64,000 nt of DNA from Bugula neritina (lineage: Eukaryota > Animalia > Bryozoa): positions 22,494,767-22,558,766 of the forward strand of contig OZ037766.1 of NCBI GenBank assembly GCA_964035545.1, written 5' to 3'. Below are positions 50,597 through 62,552 of the stretch, piece after piece. The stretch's first letter is position 1. Each line of letters opens with the position of its first letter. The notes beneath the pieces are model-generated. The model searched no databases, was not told the DNA's origin, and saw only the letters and a program-made list of their open reading frames with translations. A program made the position numbers and the translations under genes.

Positions 50597-53500
50597 TCAG
50601 GCGTAGACTTCTTTGTTAGGTTCTTCGGTGTAGGAATTGACTGGAGGTTTGACTGTTGGGTCAACAGCGTAACTTCCCTCATCTTTCTTCTTCATTCTGT
50701 AGACTATGAACATGACCAGCAGCAGGGTACAGAGTAGCGCCACAACGGCCCCGCCTATCACAGCTAAAATATACAAAATAATAACCAACATCAATTCTCC
50801 TACTCAATCACTGTGTTATGGACTTTTCATTCCATGCTTGGAAACAATTGCATTAAATGAAACTTATACAACCAGAAGCTGATGCAAACCGCAACCACGT
50901 ATCCATCCAAGGATCTATTCGAAGGCAGTGGAAATGTAGTGACTAACAATAAAAATATTGCTTATCCAATGGTATTCATGGTTGAAAAATACAATAGGCC
51001 TACACTACATGATATAATATGAATTACAAACTCTTGATCTCCATTCACGAAATACTACCCACTACTCACAAATCAGTAACATTGCCAATTTCCTACCTAA
51101 CAGGAATTAGTTCTTGTTATTTCCAATGTTGGCAAGTATTTTGCTGTTTACATTGAGTAATTGAATAACTGTATCAAAATGTGTTCACTGAGTTTACTCA
51201 TAGCAGCTGGCTAAAGCCACAATGAAATATAATATTATTTATACATAACAACTCCAGTAAAGAGAGATTTTAGTACCAGCACAGCTAGTTGATGGGAAAC
51301 ATCAAAGAAAGGCTAGTAAAACACAGGAGACAAGATTGAGAGAGACAAAAACTATCAACATAAATATAATAAGTTGTCTTTGAACAGTGTAGAGCAGCTT
51401 GAGTGCTCCGAGTGCTAATTGTTTCTCTGTAGAATACGATTAATTACATCGTGGTACATTTTATTTCTTTGACATATCTAGGACAGAGTAATCATCACCA
51501 GCTAATAGGTATACCAGCAAATCAAGGTCCAGGGTACTTCTGTGTGTAGCTGCAGGTAGCTGTTTGGCTCCCAACATTATCTTTACAGGTATCTAGCAGA
51601 TTCTTTAGAATGTTTCAGTCAAGTGTTCTGTCTATGACTATATGCAGCTGACTTCACAGTCAACAATAGCGATTGACTAATTTCAAATCAATTATTCCAG
51701 CAGGTTTTTGGGAGTAGCTGTGGTCTAGGGGTTAGAGCACTGAGTTCAAGAAGAGGTCACAGTTTCATGCCCAATAAAAGCCATTAGTGATGTTAGGAAA
51801 AGCATCTAGTCATAATTGCTCCTGTGCAAACTCATGAATAAGTCCTTAGCCAATTTAAAAAACCCTTTCTATCAGGAATTCCCACAGGGACTATTCCACT
51901 AGTCTCTCTGAGTAACATCAACTCTTAGAAAATAATGGCCTAGTGGTGGCAAATAAACTGTAAAAACCAAGTGGCAGCCACAAATTGATTCCTAATCCAA
52001 CCACTCAGCTGGTAAGCCTCTGTTAATAGTAATTTAATTATTGTGTAACATTTAGCCTAGCCCTTACAGTGTGGAGTCAGAAGAGGTAGTAATTATACAA
52101 TCTACATTGGTAACAGGTGGGGGGGAGGGGGGCTGCAACCCATCCCACTGCCTATGCTACATGCAGTTGTAGAGTTTTAGTTGCAGAGCCAAAATTACAG
52201 ATGCACCAGCCCATGGTAGTTAATAGTGTGACTGATGATGACTACCTGGGCTTGGTGGTGGATGAATGCCTACCTGCAAGGATGCCTGGATGAGATAACA
52301 TGGACAGCAGGCTGTGTTTGCCGACTCTGTTGACAGGTTCTCTGAACACACCATCGTGATCCACTCCTTCTCTGGGCTGGTTGAAGTTGAATGTCTCTTT
52401 TCCTCCTGAAGGCGTGTTTCCTCTTTCAGGTTTCTCTACAACAGTCATGATGGTTTGTCACTCCACAACTAGATTCCTATCTACTGATGCTCACACAGGG
52501 GCAAACGCAGGGCAATCTGCAACTGCGACCATACCTTTGTTGGCAACCCATCAACAACGCTAGCACCTGTATGCTAGAATTGTGCAGTGTGATGCATATT
52601 TTTCCAGCAGCTACAGTGGTGAGAAGTTGAGAAAAGTTTTACCAAACATATTTTAATAATTATAGATGCTGATCAACTGACATGCTGTGTAATTTGTGAC
52701 GCCCAAGGTTGCTTAAGCAGCACCTCATCACAATTATTAGGTTAGAGTAAACTATCACATGACATTACAGGTCACTAGGCCTGGAAGGTGCAACCAGGAG
52801 AATATATATGCCTGATTTATCATCCATGGTGCAAGTGAATCACACCAACTACTGCGGATACCATTTGATGCTGCTCAATCATGTGACCTTTTGACTTTTC
52901 TATATGAGTAAGTTGATAGCTTTGTGCAAGTGATAACCTCTTCCCCTAACAGATATAAGCTGTCAACTTCAACCACTGATTCAATTATTCAAATGAATGA
53001 ATTTATGGGTGGGAGAATTTTAATCTCTGATTATTAATACAGCACCAAGTTGTCAGAGAGAGAGAGAGATGCTAGTAGTCAAGATAGGACTACTCTCCTG
53101 ACATCTCCAACCAGCCTTGTGGATAGAGAAGATGTTAGATGTGAGGTCAGGATGCAGACATCTTAACTCACCATGGTGGATTGGTGGTCGTTTGGTTCTA
53201 CTGTTAGTCACCACGTGTGGAGGTGAGCTGCGAGTGAATAAAGCAGTAGGAGTAAAGGGGGTAGAAGATCTAGTGACTGGTGTACTGCTGCGTGGTGTGT
53301 TAGGTCTGTTGGTACTGGACAAAAGCTTACCTGCAATTAGAAAACAAATGTCAGTAGACAGGCAGATCATGGTACCCATGGCAACTCACAAGCTCAAATC
53401 AACAATGCTACTCACAATTTTATATTCAAGTACAATGGAAAGTTGATATCTTAACTTTCCTGAGACATTACTTGGACCAAAATTGCACAACATACTATCT

Positions 53501-56500
53501 GTTGGTGTATACATTGCATAAAATGAATTAAGTATAGCTGATAGTCTGTTGGGTTGATATCACTACTTACTAGAATAACTAGACGAAGTAAATATAAACA
53601 ATATGCCCAACTACTGTACACAGGGCTAAAACAGTGTAAACATATTTCAATGAGCACTCGTGCAGGTGTGAGATGTAGTGCAATAGCCCATTCATTTCAT
53701 CAAACACTTTCAACTCATGCAGCTATTCTTTTTACCAAAATCAATTACTCAAGTTTCTGTTAGCAATAACAGAGTTTAGGCAAATAGCTGATAATTGGCA
53801 AGTAATGCAATACTTCTACTCGTCAGCTGCCTGTTTTCAATTACTAGTAATAAATTAAACAACATTGCTTCAAACCTAGCAATGTAATAAAAGGGTTGGT
53901 GCAGTGGGCTCTCCCTACTCAGTTAGTACAGTTTGTCCTTCAGCTAACAATCCTTTGCGGTGAAACTTAGACATAATACTCATTACAGAGTTGACTTCAA
54001 ACAAGGCTTGCGGCAGCATTGGCCAGCTCTATGATAGCTGCTTTATGTATTACACTCATCTATCAAAAGCATCAAGGCAATAGCTCCTAGTAAAGTTTAA
54101 TGGGGTACCATACGACATCATCTATTTCGACATCTGAGTGGATGGGGTTTAAATCAATTTTATAATTAAAAACACATACTTGAGAAGAGATAGGGGTAAA
54201 CTCTAAGCTGTGGTGATTATATTTTTATTCACAACTTCCAATGTTTTAGGGTTGCCGACCAGCAGAGGCTAAATTAAAATATAAATTCCTGTCACTGATC
54301 TACAGTGCCAGTACAGTTGAAAAACATGTTGACACTGCGAACAACCTGCTGTCAGTCATCAACCATGTCCACTCCCTGTCCTTGAGCTGTCAGCCACCAA
54401 AGTATCTAGTTTTCAGCACTTTCATTATACCACACCTCCTAACAATACACCAACAATACAAGTCACTTACCAACGCCTCCCAGCAGGTGCAGGCTCTTCT
54501 CTACAAGGTCGCAATCATATGGGAAGGAGTCACTGACAACTGAGAGGTGTGTAAGAGTAGAGGCAATCACTCGACCCAGCTTGTCCACACACCAGCAGGA
54601 TAGACCTCCTTCATCACAAACCTTGAGCTCCGAGGTATCACCACTACCTTCCAGTACGATGTCAACATCTGCAGTCACACAGTTAACTTCTTACCATCAT
54701 AATTATTTATATTAAAATTTAATAGACAGGAGTATGAATTGACTGACTAAAAGGCATCTATTTGTGATGATGACAGACTAGAGTCTAGACTCTAGAGTGA
54801 AGGCAGGTGGGCTAGGTGCACAGCAAGCTGGTGGTTTATACATGATATAGAATGTACATCACTCAGAATAGAGAGCATTCATTCCTTATGGCTGCTGGCT
54901 GTGGAATCAGGTGAACATGGCTCTCATCTCATATGAATGATTCATGAATACACTATCTAGTATCTGCACAGACTTGTTAATATTGAGAACTCAAATGCAA
55001 TGATTACATGAAAACTTGACAGACAAATATGATACAATGGCAAAGATGCAATACATACATACAAAGAGGCTTCTAGTGTAAACAGTGGTTGGTGAAAAAA
55101 CAACAGCCCAACTGAAAAAATCAAATTTAATACATAGTGCAATTAGATAAAGTAACAAAATAATGTATGGGCCACAGATTAAGCACAACATATATTACAT
55201 ACCAGGTCAATATAGCTGAAAATCAACAAAGAAGGTGATGATACATAAGTAGGCCTCAGCTGCTATACTATAAAACTCTGGTCTGTATTGTAGGCTGTAT
55301 TACCCTAAGCCAGGCATACAGGGTGTGTCCAGGAGAAAGATGAATGAAAAGAGAATTGGCACATTACGCGCAACATAATGCAATACCTTATTTCTTATAT
55401 TGAATTTTGATTTCTCCGTCTAAAAGTCCAAACTTTAGTGTGGGGCTTTTCTGCCGATATTGAAATCACGAAGGATTGAGGTTTGAGAATAGATAACTAC
55501 CACCTCCACAAAATGTTACACAACTCAAAACTGGGAAAGAAAGGGAGATGGGTGACCCGAAGGTAACAATGAGAAAGGAATAGTAGAGAGGAGGTGAGAA
55601 AGTTGAGAGAAATGCTCATAAAAAGACTCTTAGAATAAAATGTGCGTTGATGCAAACCTACCTCCACTGCCGCTACCTGAAAGAGCAATATCTTCATCAT
55701 CAGGAAATGAAAACCTAGAGAGGTATTGAGTTGTAGACTTAACAGTGGTGGCGGTGGTGGTAGTGGTGGTAGCAGTGTCACCTGAGGAGGCAACGAAGAC
55801 AGAGTCTTCGTCGTCTGGCAGCATCCCAGAGCCGGAAAACGCCAGTCCAGAATACTGAGCCTAAAAGTAGAGTCTGCCGAGTGAGCTGGTAGAATGTGAC
55901 ATCTAGACACTGAAGAGTGGTGGGCAGTACAAACTGGACTAATGTGTGCAATAGTGATGCTGAAACTCAAATCAGATGTGTATTCAATTTTTTTCTTTTT
56001 ATTATTAAACAATAGAATAAATATAGTATGTTACTCTTGCATCAATAAAATGCTAACAGTGACCTGGCAAGTTGAATACACAGAGTTCAGTAAGCAATGT
56101 GGCACCAGAACTGACACTTAGCTATAAGATGAACAGCTAACCACAAGAATCTGAATAAATTCATATAAATCTGCACTTTTCATTGACATTTATCACCTCA
56201 GTTAACTCGACCCACTAGACCACTGGCTGTGGCTGCGCTATGAAAAGAGTAGACCCACATGAACTAAATTAAGGTGGCAAGTAAAATGTAACTGGCAGTG
56301 GAAACACACTATATGATGTGACATGATGGTATTGTAGCTACTAGTGGTTAACAAGATGGTGATATGTTTGTTTATTGGTACTCCCAGCTTATCTAGGTGC
56401 TAGGAGCTCTGTACCTTTTGCTGTTGTACAGTTCATTAGAACAAAACCCATAAAAATAAAATGCCCAAATCAGCATAAAACTAGTGCATAACTGAGATAG

Positions 56501-59500
56501 TTTTAAGCCATATAGTTAGCAGCAAGACCTACTTCAGCATATTGTTACTGAATTGTTATTGGCAATTTAAAAATGGAGCTTAAAAATGGCTTAAGCGATT
56601 TTTATACCTACATACTAGTTATTAAATCCAGAGTTAATCTTCCCTCTTAACTCAATATTTGATCATAAAACTACCTAGTTGCAATCTGCACAACCCACAA
56701 GTAGATTAGTGAATACTAAGTATACAATGTTAAGCGCAAGTCTGCTCACAGAAAAACTGCCACTGATAGTCACCTCTTGAAAGTTTGACATAGCAAAAAG
56801 CAATTTTCATCATAGGTTAATACAGTAGCAGTGACCAAAAATTGGTCAGCTATTTTCAAACCAAAAGTAAATATAGCACACTATACATTGAACATGTTAA
56901 AATAAAGCAATACTTTTGATGAAATTATCTTTTACTGTATTTAATTTTAGTTTACTATTAACTTTATAAAAGGTGTATTATTCTGTCATTTGTTACCACA
57001 GCAGCAACAGCTATCTTTCATGTATGGCAATACAGGGAGAGATGACAATGGTTGCTCTAATAGCAACAAAATTAAATTACTAGAGCACACCAAGGATGCC
57101 TTGGCAACTAACTGAATGTAACAGTGCTCTATGATAGCCCATTGTTATTTGAAACATTTAGACACATTACACTGCTTGATAATATGCAATCTATCTTCTG
57201 TCAGGCAGTTGTAGTAACCATGGAACCCTTAGGGCGTATAATTCACATAATAGCCTGTAATTAAACACAGAATTGGTGCAGTAGTTAGCTTCTGTAGGAA
57301 AACTGAAATGGGTTTAGGAATTCAAAAAATGAGATACCCGGGAGCTCCCATTTAAAAAGTTACAATATGCTAAATTATAACTAAACCTGGTGCTTATTGG
57401 AAGCTAAAAAGATTTGTGGCACTATATGCCAAAGCTATAAATGTCTCCGTAAAAACATTCTTCCCATCTGTTTTCATCAATGAAGACATGCAACTACTGC
57501 TGTCAGTAAGCTCTGTTAATGTAGATTTCTTTATCTGACAAATCATGAAAGGAGTTGTTATTGTTTCATGTATACATTTTTTCTATGTATCTTTAAATAA
57601 AAGTCACAGACATGAGAACTGATGCTTTTCTTATAGCTATTATTATTGCTTTCTCAAGTATTTTTCATCATATTTTTTATGTTATTGATGATGCTTCTGT
57701 TTACATAAACTCATTTTCAGCTGCAATCAATTGGTTAATCAGAAACCACACAGATATTACATATTTCTACAATTGTTGTCTAATGTTGGAAATGTTTTGG
57801 GACAGTAGCTTGAAGTAGATATTATACATTTACTTATATTAATATACCATCTACATGGTTCAGAGTTGGAATTTAAAGTACATTTTTGATTTGTCTACAA
57901 TTTCAAAATTAAAGAAACTTCCTTATCCTATCACATCACTGTTTGTGTTACTTTAAATGCTACCAAAACTGCTGTTGATTACCCAAAAATTAAAAGATTT
58001 TAATTAATTTGGTTTAAAAACTCTATTTGTGATGAAACATTGTGAACCAATACTATTAATAGGATTTAAAAAATAAAATCCCACATGTAATTTTATTTCA
58101 GCTAAAAATTGCATATAGGTTTCGTGACAAAACATGTTTCTGGCATTGGAAATAGTCCCGTTCAGGTTTGTTTATTAAAAGCTACTTTTATATCCTTTAA
58201 TATGGAAGTAGTTGCAATATAGCCTACAGTGTACCCAACTACTGTATAATAGAGTAGTTGGATTTTTCTTTTAAACCTATTGTGATATTACAATCTATAA
58301 GACAAAACAAAAAAATCGGAACAGTTGACAAAAACTAGACATTTTATGAAAGACCCAACATCATCATCTCCAGTTTATTGTCTGTTGTATTACCATTAGT
58401 AATAGTATGACTTTAGATCACCAATAAACTATGAAGCAACTCACAGTCATTGCTACAGGATTACATTTAATTTTATTATGACTATTATTAAATTTAATAT
58501 TATTAATATTATGACTTAGTCTAACTAATAGTAAAACTATTACTATTAGTACCATGTTAGTATTTCACTTGGAATTCGGCTGCTACTCTTAGAATTAGAA
58601 AGAAGTAATGTTACTGAAGACTGATAGTGATGCTCATACCTATAGTGATACTACTTTTGCAGTTAAGAGTTTAATTTTCATTTTGTATCTTAGACGTTCA
58701 CTTAGACTTTCATTTACTCATAAATTTAGATTCAGTTGCTATAAATTAAAATAAAAATTTATAGAAACCAGTTTGAATTACTATTATTATTACTATTAGT
58801 ATTACTGAGTTACACTTGGTCTTACAATTTGAGTTAGCATTGGTGTTACTGCTAGTAAATGGGCCTACTTGTACAGCTATACTGTTACTATTAGTGTTAA
58901 TCATTATGATTAATGCTAGACTTACTAAGATTAAGAATGATACTAAAATAATGGTAGCTTACAGTTACAGTTTGAGCTAGTGAGTTACAACAACTGAGCT
59001 GCTATTAGTAGTAGTACTGCAATGTCAAGTGAACAACAGTTAGACCTACACTTACTGACTTAGTGTTGCACTTAGTCTTACCGTATCAGTATGAGTATGA
59101 CTATGATTAAGTGTAACAGTTAGTGTTACACTTACAGTTAAACTTAATCAGTTAATGTTACTGTTAGTGCGTTACACTAAGAGTTTGCCTAACACATTCA
59201 TATTCATATTGACATAAAGATAGTATCAGTATGAGTTGACATTTTGAGTTAGTCGTATGAGTTAAACTTAATTATAATAAATATTTATATTAATAAAACT
59301 TTGTATAGTTAATGTTATAGGAATGTTATGAGTTACTGTGGACTAGCACTGAGCAACAGGAACTACTAACTATTCTATGTCTATAACTAGGTTACTGGTT
59401 AGCCCAGGACTTATTAAAGTATTAGTAATACTAATACTGCTACTACTTCTAATATTTGACCAGTCTCGGAAATTTATAACTTAACAATGCCTGAAACTTA

Positions 59501-59570
59501 CCTGAGAATAAAATACCACGCACAAAATAACTAATCCTTCGCATAGGAACATTTTTTGTAATAGTTCCAT
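50597..59570 (-). CDS. Sdc: Syndecan (transmembrane heparan/chondroitin sulfate proteoglycan core protein), 6 exons, ~317 aa
   Basis: Exons: 59570-59502 (signal peptide MELLQKMFLCEGLVILCVVFYSQ, accATGg context); 55860-55662 (SGSG/DDED GAG sites, Thr tract); 54668-54471; 53330-53172; 52435-52274; 50763-50597 (TM VIGGAVVALL...IVYRMKKKDEGSY...KEVYA). Phases are consistent. C1 motif RMKKKDEGSY is diagnostic. Confidence 0.93.
51712..51895 (+). mobile_element. tRNA-Thr-derived SINE copy (diverged) in last syndecan intron
   Basis: gtggtctaggggttagagc head and gtgatgttaggaaaagcatctagtcataattgctcc body. Confidence 0.75.
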
Positions 59571-60286
59571 GGTTCGATTTAATTTGAGAAAAAAAATTCA
59601 ATCACTTTTTAAACCATTCGTAATTATTTTCATCTGCATCCAAGAAAAAACCTTGCGTAACGAGACAATTGATGGGCTTGTATAATTAACAATAATATAA
59701 CAATTTTCTAGATTTGTTGCAAGAAAGCACCGATTCACACGGACCCCATGTGCTCAGCGTCAATAGACAGATTGTATACTTTTCTTGGCATGCGATTTGT
59801 TTAATTTGTAGTGACCGTAGCACGTAATTTGTAAAGTCTCCGCCACTAGTTTGTTTCAATATTACTTTTTATTTTACAATTTAAATTATCTATGTTTATT
59901 ATTATATTAAAACATTTAATTTAATATTATTTTAATTAAATAAACTAGATAATATACAAAACTCATTTTAAAACAACCACAGATGCAAAGATTACTGCGC
60001 CTAATTGACGTGTTAAAAGTCCACTCAATCAAGATATTTGTATGTATGCAGAGATCAAATTTATAGTCTGATCTTTATCCACGCATTGCTATAAAAATAA
60101 GTGAGGCCTCGACAATGCCCATGGCTATTAGTGGAAATCTTAAAGAGCAGCAATATAATCGTAGGCTTATTTTTGCAAGAACGTGTACCGGAGTTAGCGA
60201 AACTAATACTATTAGTATTAGTATTATCAGATACTCATACTGATATAAAAATAAGCTCACTTCAAAATTTGTGCAGGATTGCAATA
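59571..60286. promoter_or_regulatory. Probable short bidirectional promoter between syndecan and a divergent gene
   Basis: The syndecan ATG (59570, -) and a candidate ATG (60287, +) are ~720 bp apart head-to-head. Locally more CpG, with a CRE-like tgacgt at ~60006. Inference only. Confidence 0.35.
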
Positions 60287-61203
60287 ATGACTTCAGCTTT
60301 GAAAACTCTGCATGCTATAAAGCCATGTTTGTTGGGAAGCAAGGCTTTTGCTGCAAACTACGTAGCACTTCAAGCTCAGTGTAGAAACAAGTAAGCAAAA
60401 TTAAAAATTAAATTATTAATATAAATATTATAATTATTTTATAAAATAAGTTTACACTTGTACTACTACTACTACTGCTACTACTGCTACTACTGCTACT
60501 ACTGCTACTACTGCTACTACTGCTACTACTGCTACTACTGCTACTACTGCTACTACTGCTACTACTGCTAGTAGTACTAGTAGTACTAGTAGTAGTACTA
60601 ATGCCTCAACTTGTAGTTGTAGTTTTACTTTTAGTTTTACTTTTACAGTTTTAGTTTTACGAAGACCGGAAGAGTAAGACTAAGACGTTATGATTTGTCA
60701 TTGTGATTGAGTCTGACAATGTTTTAATTTATTATTTATTCAATTTTCATTTTATAGTATTAGTTATAAGTTATACTTATACTTATACTTATAGTTATAC
60801 CAACTCTAAGAGTAAGAGTTAAAAAAGAGTAACTATAAGTATATAAGTACATTTCAATTACTAGTAGTAATACAATTACTATGACTATTACTATTATACT
60901 TAGAGTTAGTTAGTAAAACTAAATCAGTAAATGTAATACTGAGTTAAATAATAATATTTATATTAATACTAAAAGTAAAAGTACTACATTTGATTTACTT
61001 TTTTAGTTTTAACTATAACTAAAGGGCATTAAATTTAATTTCATTGTTGAAAGTGATGCCTATCAGTATGAAAACAAAGAAAGGGAACCATTCGCATTAA
61101 TCTTCTTATGAAGATTCTGGCTCTCAGCTTTGAGATTGCCTATGATGACCTGCTGAACAAACCAACAGCACTATACAGACTCTCTGAAAAGTTTTCTCCC
61201 AAG
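60287..61203 (+). CDS. Putative 5' exons of an unidentified gene, possibly with a mitochondrial-type targeting peptide
   Basis: 60287-60390 encodes MTSALKTLHAIKPCLLGSKAFAANYVALQAQCRN (basic, no acidic residues) and ends at a strong GTAAGC donor. In-phase candidate exon 61128-61203 (FEIAYDDLLNKPTALYRLSEKFSPK) has a weak donor. Possible further exon 63219-63270. No homology recognised. Confidence 0.35.
60462..60600. repeat. (CTACTACTG)n / TAG microsatellite
   Basis: Direct observation. Confidence 0.93.
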
Positions 61204-61281
61204 GTTTATCCGGGATCTATATATTGGTCATTATCAAAGCAATAATTCGGAGACCTCCACATATACAGGATTAAGTTTGGA

Positions 61282-61696
61282 TCATTTTACTTAATTTAGT
61301 ACACACTGGATATCTTCAGTTTTTAGTTATTTTTCACAATTTAGCTGGTAATGAACATGGCTTTTTGCCCAAAACTAGTAAACCACCAATAAATACACCG
61401 AAACAATTTAGGTTCTTCTTATTTTTGCTTGATTTCCCATGTTTTTCTTATATATTTAGCTTATTAGGAGTGCGGACCGTTACGAAAAAACCGTAACGGT
61501 CCGCAACCAAAAGCAGCTGAATAATTAGGAAAAAACATGGGAAATGAAGCAAAATTAAAAAGAACTTTGATTATTTAGGTGCATTTATTGGTGTTTTACT
61601 AGTTTTGGCTAAAAAACCCATGTCCATTAGCAGTTAAATTGTGAAAAATAGCTAAAAACTGAAGATATCCAGTGTGTACTAAATTAAGTAAAATGA
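61282..61696. mobile_element. Fully palindromic foldback element (~205-bp arms, short loop)
   Basis: tcattttacttaatttagtacacactggatatcttcagtttttag at the left end is a perfect reverse complement of the right end. Centre is gcggaccgttacg-aaaaaac-cgtaacggtccgc. Confidence 0.85.
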
Positions 61697-61750
61697 CCCG
61701 TTTCTGTTCAGTCAATACAGCTCAACCAGTGCTAACTGTATGACTATTGA

Positions 61751-62043
61751 CCAATGATTGTCCAACACATTGCCCATATGCAGCACATCTCTTCCTCTGT
61801 CTAGGACGGCCCAGTGTGATGATCACTTCGAGTGAGTATTAGACTGAGACCGAGTATCACTATCAGTACGATTAAAATTCACTCAAATTGAAATCCAATG
61901 ACTGTCCAACACATTACCCGTATGCAGCACATCCCTTCCTCTCTCTAGGACGGCCCAGTGTGATGATCACTTCGAGTGAGTATTAGACTGAGACCGAGTA
62001 TCACTTATCAATACGATTAAAATTCACTCAAATTGAAATCCAA
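61751..62043. repeat. Tandem duplication of a ~145-bp unit (2 copies)
   Basis: The unit ccaatga(t/c)tgtccaacacatt...aaattcactcaaattgaaat occurs twice with few differences. Confidence 0.9.
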
Positions 62044-62399
62044 ATTCGAAATCAAACTCTAAAACTTAAGGGCTAAGTCTAAGTGAAAGTCATTTGAATG
62101 CTTGAAGTTTGCAGTTGTTTTTGGAGTTATAAAATTAAAGGAAAACTGTTCAACAAGAACTGTAACATCAACATACTAATACTGATAACCACTATGGTAG
62201 TGATAGTGATACGCATCGTGATAGTCATACTCATAGTTATAAAATTAAATTGGACTTCATAGCCCTTTTTAAACTCTTGTGGGTTTTTACCTGTCCAATA
62301 CATAGAATTGCACTGGTTCGCATTGCCATAACATAAACAATCACAGTGGCAAAATTAGTCAGTGTCACCTCCTCAATGAAAAAGGCTTTTTTTTGTACG

Positions 62400-62552
62400 A
62401 TGCTAAGGACTTGTTTTCTATTGTAATATTTAAAGAATCATGACTGAATGCCTTCCCAGAAATCCCCAAGAACCTTTATTGGGATTAGATTTTGTGTTTA
62501 AAAACCGGTGCTCTAGCCTCTAAGTCTTAGTTTAACCACTAGGCCAGGCTGC
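62400..62552 (-). mobile_element. Highly degenerate copy of the same SINE family
   Basis: Remnants gctaaggactt, atgactgaatgccttccc and aaccactaggccaggctgc. Confidence 0.4.

Noticed and set aside
52535-52566. 32-nt AG/GT-bounded micro-exon candidate in syndecan (GASVVDGLPTK)
   Set aside because: The length is not a multiple of 3 and would frameshift unless a weak GAG acceptor is used downstream; unsupported without transcripts.
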